From assembly GCA_934162655.1 (NCBI GenBank), contig CAKPJL010000002.1, positions 20,089-84,088 of the forward strand: a stretch of DNA of 64,000 nt, read 5' to 3'. The position numbers were made by a program, and so were the translations under genes. Each line of letters starts with the position of its first letter. The first letter of the stretch is position 1. Shown here one piece after another: positions 58,985 to 64,000 of this stretch. The stretch is from an uncultured Clostridia bacterium. GTDB taxonomy: Bacteria; Bacillota; Clostridia; TANB77; CAG-465. The notes under the pieces were generated by a model, which worked only from the letters and a program-made list of their open reading frames with translations, was not told the origin of the DNA and did not search any database.

Positions 58985-60982
58985 TTAAATTTGTAACTCT
59001 AATTTTTTTATTGTCTCTATCATATTTTCAAATAAAACAACATTAATTGTTTTATCACTAATAGAAAGAACTTCATCGCAATGCTTAGAAATTATTTCTG
59101 AAAGCCTTTTTAAGTTCTTTATATCTGCTTTTAATAACTCTAATTTGTCTTTATATCTAACATTTAGTAAATTAATGAAATTGTACAAGTCGTAATTTGG
59201 TGTGAGTTCTAATTTTTCAAACAAATCATCCATATCATACCTAGAAAAAACTGGTAATTCTTTATATTCATTCATTATTTTACTATAAAACTCAGAAATA
59301 TCATTTGGAAGAAGCCTAAATAGTTCACTAGCTTTTTTAGATGCCTCTTCTTCAATTGCTTTGTTTCTAATTTTAATATATTCGTTTTTTATTTCTAATA
59401 TATCCTTATCTTCCGTATCAAAATCTATTTCTAATTCTATATTTTGATTTTCACATATACTTTTAACATTTTCCGTAGCAGATATTTGCATGCCAAGTAT
59501 AAATATTTGCTTTATATCAAATATACTTATCTTGATAAGACCTGTGTTTATTAAATACTTAAACACTCCAAATAATTTTATATGCTCCCTAAAATTAACT
59601 TTTCCATACTTTACTTCATCTAAGACCTGCCTCCATAAAATGTCAAAATCCATATCAGTCATTTTAAAATAGTCTCCACTCAGTAGCTTTATATATTTTT
59701 TTGATTCATCTTCTTTTTGACTAACTTGTCTTACAGTTGCAATATCCATATCTTCTTTAAATATTTTTTCTTCAAAAACACGTGTTCTTACATATACTTC
59801 GATAAACTTAAAAAATCTATACCTATTTTTAGAATTCATAAAATATTTATTATCAAATTCTCTTAAATAAAATTGATTTTTATCATTCATAATCTGTGAT
59901 GTAAAAATAATTGAGTTATATTCCTCATTGCCTAATATATTTTTTAGTCTATCTTTGCTTATATTACCAGACTTAATTTCAAACGATATAGCAATTGTAA
60001 ATGTAAGCATTGTTTTTAATATCTCGTTTGGAGTTTCAGGATATTTTTCTATTGTTGCATCAAATATTTTTTCAAAATCGTTTAGTGCATGTTTTAAAAT
60101 TCTTAAATTTCTTGTATTAGATTTCTTAAAAGCGGATATTATAAGAGAATTATTTCTTTTAAGAAAGTCTGAAAGTTTCTCATTATATGAGTATTTCATT
60201 ATCATTCCACTTAAAATATATGCGTACTCTGGAACATACTCAAAAGTTTCTCCAATTAGCTTTTCTTTTATTCTCTCATAAGCATTAGCTCTATCAAATA
60301 TTTCAGAAATCTTATCTTCAATTAGGTTACCTATTGGAACAGATTTACCCTCAAGTGATGAATCTTTTTTTGAAACAAGATTTCCTTCTTTATCAAGCAC
60401 ATATGTAGCAATAAGACTTTTCAATTCTACATTTGAATTCTTAAATTTGGTTGCTAGCTCCTTCTCATTGCATATAAGAATTGTTTTTATTCCATCATGC
60501 TCAACAAAATTATTTATATATCCTAAAATATCAATAACATCAACATTTGCACGTTCTAAATCATCAAAACATAGTATTTTATCATCAATTGCAAATAATT
60601 TTGAAAAATCTAGCTTATCAGAATTCATATTTACATTTCCAAATAGATTAGCCATATCAAGTCCAGTTTTTACATATTCTGGTATTAAATTTCCTTGTCT
60701 AGTATCTACAAATTTTCTTAATGATTTTGAAATCATAGGGTTGGTTTCAATAAATATTTTTTTACTTATTTCTTCTAGACTATTTATACCATATAAAGAC
60801 ATATATATAGTTTTATAATTTTTTCCATTAACACTAATAGCCTCTAGTCTACTTCTTAGTTTATTATTCCAAAAATATGTTTTTCCGCTTCCCCATTCTC
60901 CGTTAATCATTATAGCATAATCAGTATAAGGTCTTTTTACATAGTCACATATACATTCAACTAGTTCTTCCAAATCTAACAC
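58985..60982 (-). CDS. KAP-family P-loop NTPase (665 aa)
   Basis: Walker A NGEWGSGKT, Walker B ILCFDDLER, KAP-type NTRNLRILKHALN segment (cf. NPRxxKRxxN). Long alpha-helical C-terminal region. Native-like AT content. Confidence 0.7.
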   Translation of the reverse strand: MLDLEELVECICDYVKRPYTDYAIMINGEWGSGKTYFWNNKLRSRLEAISVNGKNYKTIYMSLYGINSLEEISKKIFIETNPMISKSLRKFVDTRQGNLIPEYVKTGLDMANLFGNVNMNSDKLDFSKLFAIDDKILCFDDLERANVDVIDILGYINNFVEHDGIKTILICNEKELATKFKNSNVELKSLIATYVLDKEGNLVSKKDSSLEGKSVPIGNLIEDKISEIFDRANAYERIKEKLIGETFEYVPEYAYILSGMIMKYSYNEKLSDFLKRNNSLIISAFKKSNTRNLRILKHALNDFEKIFDATIEKYPETPNEILKTMLTFTIAISFEIKSGNISKDRLKNILGNEEYNSIIFTSQIMNDKNQFYLREFDNKYFMNSKNRYRFFKFIEVYVRTRVFEEKIFKEDMDIATVRQVSQKEDESKKYIKLLSGDYFKMTDMDFDILWRQVLDEVKYGKVNFREHIKLFGVFKYLINTGLIKISIFDIKQIFILGMQISATENVKSICENQNIELEIDFDTEDKDILEIKNEYIKIRNKAIEEEASKKASELFRLLPNDISEFYSKIMNEYKELPVFSRYDMDDLFEKLELTPNYDLYNFINLLNVRYKDKLELLKADIKNLKRLSEIISKHCDEVLSISDKTINVVLFENMIETIKKLELQI

Positions 60983-61070
60983 CCCTTTTTTGACATTTTA
61001 TCACAGTTTTACTATTTTTACAAGAAAAAATAGTGACTTAAAAACTAATTTAAGTCACTATTTAAATTAT

Positions 61071-61367
61071 TTAGCTATGCACTATACCATTTTGATAATT
61101 CCTAAGTGGGATTATTGTTGTAAAGCAAATCATATCGTAGTCACATATTTTATACTCCTTTATTTCATCATATAAGTAGTAATCCCAAGCGGGTACAACT
61201 TTATAAATCTGATCTATTTTAAAACGAATAGGCCCTTCCCTTTTAAACTTTATAAAGTTATTTCCATCAAAATAAAGGATTGATGGAGTCATATCTTCCT
61301 TTACGATACCTAAGAACACATTTTCCCGTTTAAAGTTTGTTCCAATTTCAAATGTTGTAATTTCCAT
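61071..61367 (-). CDS. hypothetical protein (98 aa)
   Basis: ORF between recD2 and the KAP NTPase. No motif recognised. Confidence 0.35.
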   Translation of the reverse strand: MEITTFEIGTNFKRENVFLGIVKEDMTPSILYFDGNNFIKFKREGPIRFKIDQIYKVVPAWDYYLYDEIKEYKICDYDMICFTTIIPLRNYQNGIVHS

Positions 61368-61461
61368 AATTTTATACTCCTTTTTTATTCTTAATTAATT
61401 ATTAAGAAAATAAATTTTAATGATAAAAACATTATAACATATTTTTATGTAAATTACAATA

Positions 61462-63645
61462 TTATATTTTCTTTAATATTTTATTTTTTAAACCCGTAAG
61501 TCTTTTCTTTTCTTCAATATTATCTATCATATAATCTACAACTTGTTTATTTCCAAGTATTATCAACATTTTTTTTGCTCTTGTCATAGCAGTGTATAGT
61601 AAATTTCTAGTTAGTAATTTTTTATATCCTGTAAGTATTGGAAGAATAACATAATCAAATTCACTACCTTGACTTTTATGAACCGTAATTGCATAAGCAT
61701 GTTCTAATTCGTCAGCTTCATCAAAATCATACTCTACATCTTTATCATCATCGAAGTTTACAATTAGTTTTTCTGCTTCAAAATCTATGTCTTTTAAATA
61801 GCCTATATCACCATTATATACGCCTTCAAAAAATTCACCATTAATACTAAATTTTTTATCGTAATTATTTACAATTTGCATAAGCTTATCTCCGACTCTA
61901 AATATTCTATCTCCAAAACTTTTTTCCTTTTTATTTTCATCTTTTTTATTTAGTATTTCTTGTGCTTTCTTATTTAAAGATATAACACCAATATCTGTTT
62001 TCTTAGTTGGTGACAATATCTGCATATCTTGTATAATGTCAAAATCAGCAAATTTTTTTAATCTATATGAAAGAAGTGACTCAATTTGTTCCATAACTTT
62101 TTCTCCATTGTCGCATTTTATAAAATACATGTCAGTATCTTTATTTTTAAACTGAAAATGTTCACCGTTATTTACCTTATGTGAATTTACTATAATATCA
62201 GATTTTGAACTTTGCCTATAAATAGTGTTTAAATATATAGTTGGAATTACTTGTGAATCTATAATATCTTTTAGAACAGTTCCTGGGCCAACGGAAGGTA
62301 ACTGGTTAACATCACCTACAAAAATAACTTTTGTTTTCTTTTTCAATGCTCTTACCAAATTATTCATCATTAATGTATCTATCATAGAAGCTTCATCCAC
62401 TATTAAATAATCTGTATCTATAATTTTCACATCAACATTTATCATTTTATCTAAATTTTTATCATCTATTTTGGAGATTTCTAGAAGTCTATGTAAAGTT
62501 TTAGCTTGCTTTTTCGTAGTCTGGCTAATCCTTTTTACAGCTCTACCAGTTGGTGCTGCAAGAACATATGACTTTTCTTTTTCTTCTAGTATATCAATGA
62601 TACACTTTATAATAGTAGTTTTTCCTGTTCCAGGGCCACCAGTTATTATTGTCATACAAGAGTTAAGAGATGTTTTTATGGCATTTTCTTGTTCATCTGA
62701 TAAAACAATGCTATTTTTTTGTGATACATCTTCTATTTCTTTTTTAAATTCTTTTTTGCCATTTTCTTGCTTAGATATAAATGATACATAATCTGCAATA
62801 TTTTGTTCTGCTATATAAAATGCCTTTTTAAATATGTAATTTTCTTGATTTATTTCTTCTTCATATATTTTTTCAGAGAGTTTTAGTCTTGATATGGAAT
62901 TTTTAATTTCTTCTTCTGATACCTCTAATTTTTCTTTTGAGTAATTTATTAAAACTTCTTCATTTGAACATGTATGTCCGAATTCTGTAATTTCTGTTAA
63001 TAAATATATAATACCTGCATCTATTCTTGCATAATTTGTTTTATCTATTCCAAGATTCATACCGATACTGTCAATAGTCTTAAAATCAAGAGTTTTTACG
63101 AATTCTAGCAAACTATATGGGTTTTTGTTTACAAAATCTATTGTATCTTTACCAAGTACCTTATAGATGTTATTTGCTACAACAACAGAAATACCATAAG
63201 AGCCAAGAAAGTTTATCACATTCCATTTTTCCCATTCTTGATTAAAAAAATCTGACATCAAAATAATTTTTTCTGAATTTAAACCTTTAATTTGCTCTAA
63301 CTTAGATGGGCTATATCTAATAATATCAATTGTTTCGTTGCCAAACTCGCTAATTATTTTTTTTGCAGTCTTTTTTCCAATGCCTTTTATATTTTCTGCA
63401 ATATATGTGATTAATGTTTCCTCATCTCTTGGCATAGTCTTTACATATGTAGTAAACTTAAATTGATCCCCATATACCTTATGTGTAGTGTAATTTCCTT
63501 CAAATTCTAATGTATCTGAAATTTCTATATCTTCTGTTTCACCAACAACTGTTATATATTTACTTTCGGCTTTGACTAAAAGCACAGTCCATGAGTTTAA
63601 CTCATTTTTATATATAATTTGTACTACTTTTCCTGTAAGTTTCAT
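61462..63645 (-). CDS. recD2: RecD2-type SF1B DNA helicase
   Basis: N-terminal HhH/OB region, Walker A ITGGPGTGKTT, helicase motif VHKSQGSE, C-terminal SH3-like region. 727 aa. Confidence 0.85.
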   Translation of the reverse strand: MKLTGKVVQIIYKNELNSWTVLLVKAESKYITVVGETEDIEISDTLEFEGNYTTHKVYGDQFKFTTYVKTMPRDEETLITYIAENIKGIGKKTAKKIISEFGNETIDIIRYSPSKLEQIKGLNSEKIILMSDFFNQEWEKWNVINFLGSYGISVVVANNIYKVLGKDTIDFVNKNPYSLLEFVKTLDFKTIDSIGMNLGIDKTNYARIDAGIIYLLTEITEFGHTCSNEEVLINYSKEKLEVSEEEIKNSISRLKLSEKIYEEEINQENYIFKKAFYIAEQNIADYVSFISKQENGKKEFKKEIEDVSQKNSIVLSDEQENAIKTSLNSCMTIITGGPGTGKTTIIKCIIDILEEKEKSYVLAAPTGRAVKRISQTTKKQAKTLHRLLEISKIDDKNLDKMINVDVKIIDTDYLIVDEASMIDTLMMNNLVRALKKKTKVIFVGDVNQLPSVGPGTVLKDIIDSQVIPTIYLNTIYRQSSKSDIIVNSHKVNNGEHFQFKNKDTDMYFIKCDNGEKVMEQIESLLSYRLKKFADFDIIQDMQILSPTKKTDIGVISLNKKAQEILNKKDENKKEKSFGDRIFRVGDKLMQIVNNYDKKFSINGEFFEGVYNGDIGYLKDIDFEAEKLIVNFDDDKDVEYDFDEADELEHAYAITVHKSQGSEFDYVILPILTGYKKLLTRNLLYTAMTRAKKMLIILGNKQVVDYMIDNIEEKKRLTGLKNKILKKI

Positions 63646-63858
63646 AGCTAGTCTCCTATTAATATTTAAATTATACTCTAATATATTTTCAATAGCAAGT
63701 TTTTTATTAATATTTAGCTCTAATCTAAGTTAAAAATAAACACTAGTTTTGTCATTTTTTTATAAAAGGCTTTATTTTAAGGCATTTTTATGATATAATT
63801 GACCTGTAGTTGTATATATACATGTATTCTTATAATTAATATTAGGGAGGATATTAAA

Positions 63859-64000
63859 ATGTTAAATGAAAAACAAATTCACAACATGTTTTATGAAAAT
63901 GGAAAAACAAAAGACCGCAAGGACCCATCAAGAAGAGTAACATGTAAGCTGTATTATTCAAAGTATTTTCACAAGGATGTAATTGCAGAGATTTCAGAGC
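63859..64000 (+). CDS. hypothetical protein, 3'-truncated by window edge
   Basis: ATG after AGGGAGG. Only 47 codons visible. Confidence 0.3.
   Translation, partial: MLNEKQIHNMFYENGKTKDRKDPSRRVTCKLYYSKYFHKDVIAEISE

Noticed and set aside
1-64000. CRISPR arrays, rRNA, tRNA, tmRNA, RNase P, SRP RNA
   Set aside because: There are no regularly spaced direct repeats, no GC-rich cloverleaf-sized islands and no conserved RNA motifs in any intergenic region. The largest spacers (3778-4189, 27091-27527, 28858-29152) are AT-rich and unstructured apart from the repeats reported.

Overview
This 64-kb window is a very AT-rich (about 25-28% GC) chromosomal segment from a low-GC, spore-forming Firmicute; spoVT, whiA and a DUF4363/DUF421 pair point to Clostridia. 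It is mostly conserved housekeeping genes: ymdB (5'-truncated at the window edge), cysE, rlmH, yycJ-like, murA, rpmE, prmC, whiA, engB, serS, cmk, plsC-like, typA/bipA, tig-clpP-clpX, yigZ, dut, yebC, polA, hemW, dapA, a U32 peptidase, rlmB-like, lepA, dapF, fba, rnhB, rsmI, yabB-like, rluD-like, priA, spoVT and recD2. Gene order is non-canonical throughout (no prfA before prmC, lepA not next to hemW, no T-boxes), which fits a rearranged or reduced genome. Many sigma-A consensus promoters and rho-independent terminators are readable. I found no rRNA or tRNA genes and no CRISPR array. The candidates that look non-housekeeping are these. (1) A cyclic beta-1,2-glucan synthase-like locus split into a 1852-aa GT84 plus alpha6/alpha6 protein and a translationally coupled 686-aa GH94 protein (13446-21057). 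(2) A decayed accessory pocket at 26.1-29.9 kb: a Xer-like tyrosine recombinase frameshifted inside a palindromic C3 tract, internal direct repeats, a duplicated and decayed gene fragment, a membrane-anchored DUF2726-like PD-(D/E)xK nuclease and a membrane-anchored thermonuclease. (3) A KAP-family P-loop NTPase plus an unknown 98-aa ORF inserted between recD2 and spoVT (58985-61367). (4) A GC-anomalous orphan ORF at 57100-57702. (5) A strongly promoted small-ORF/ORF pair joined in frame across a single TGA (10050-10682). (6) A perfect 16-bp inverted repeat in the bipA leader. I cannot demonstrate a complete, clearly novel multi-gene system from sequence alone; the KAP NTPase module and the nuclease pocket are the best candidates.
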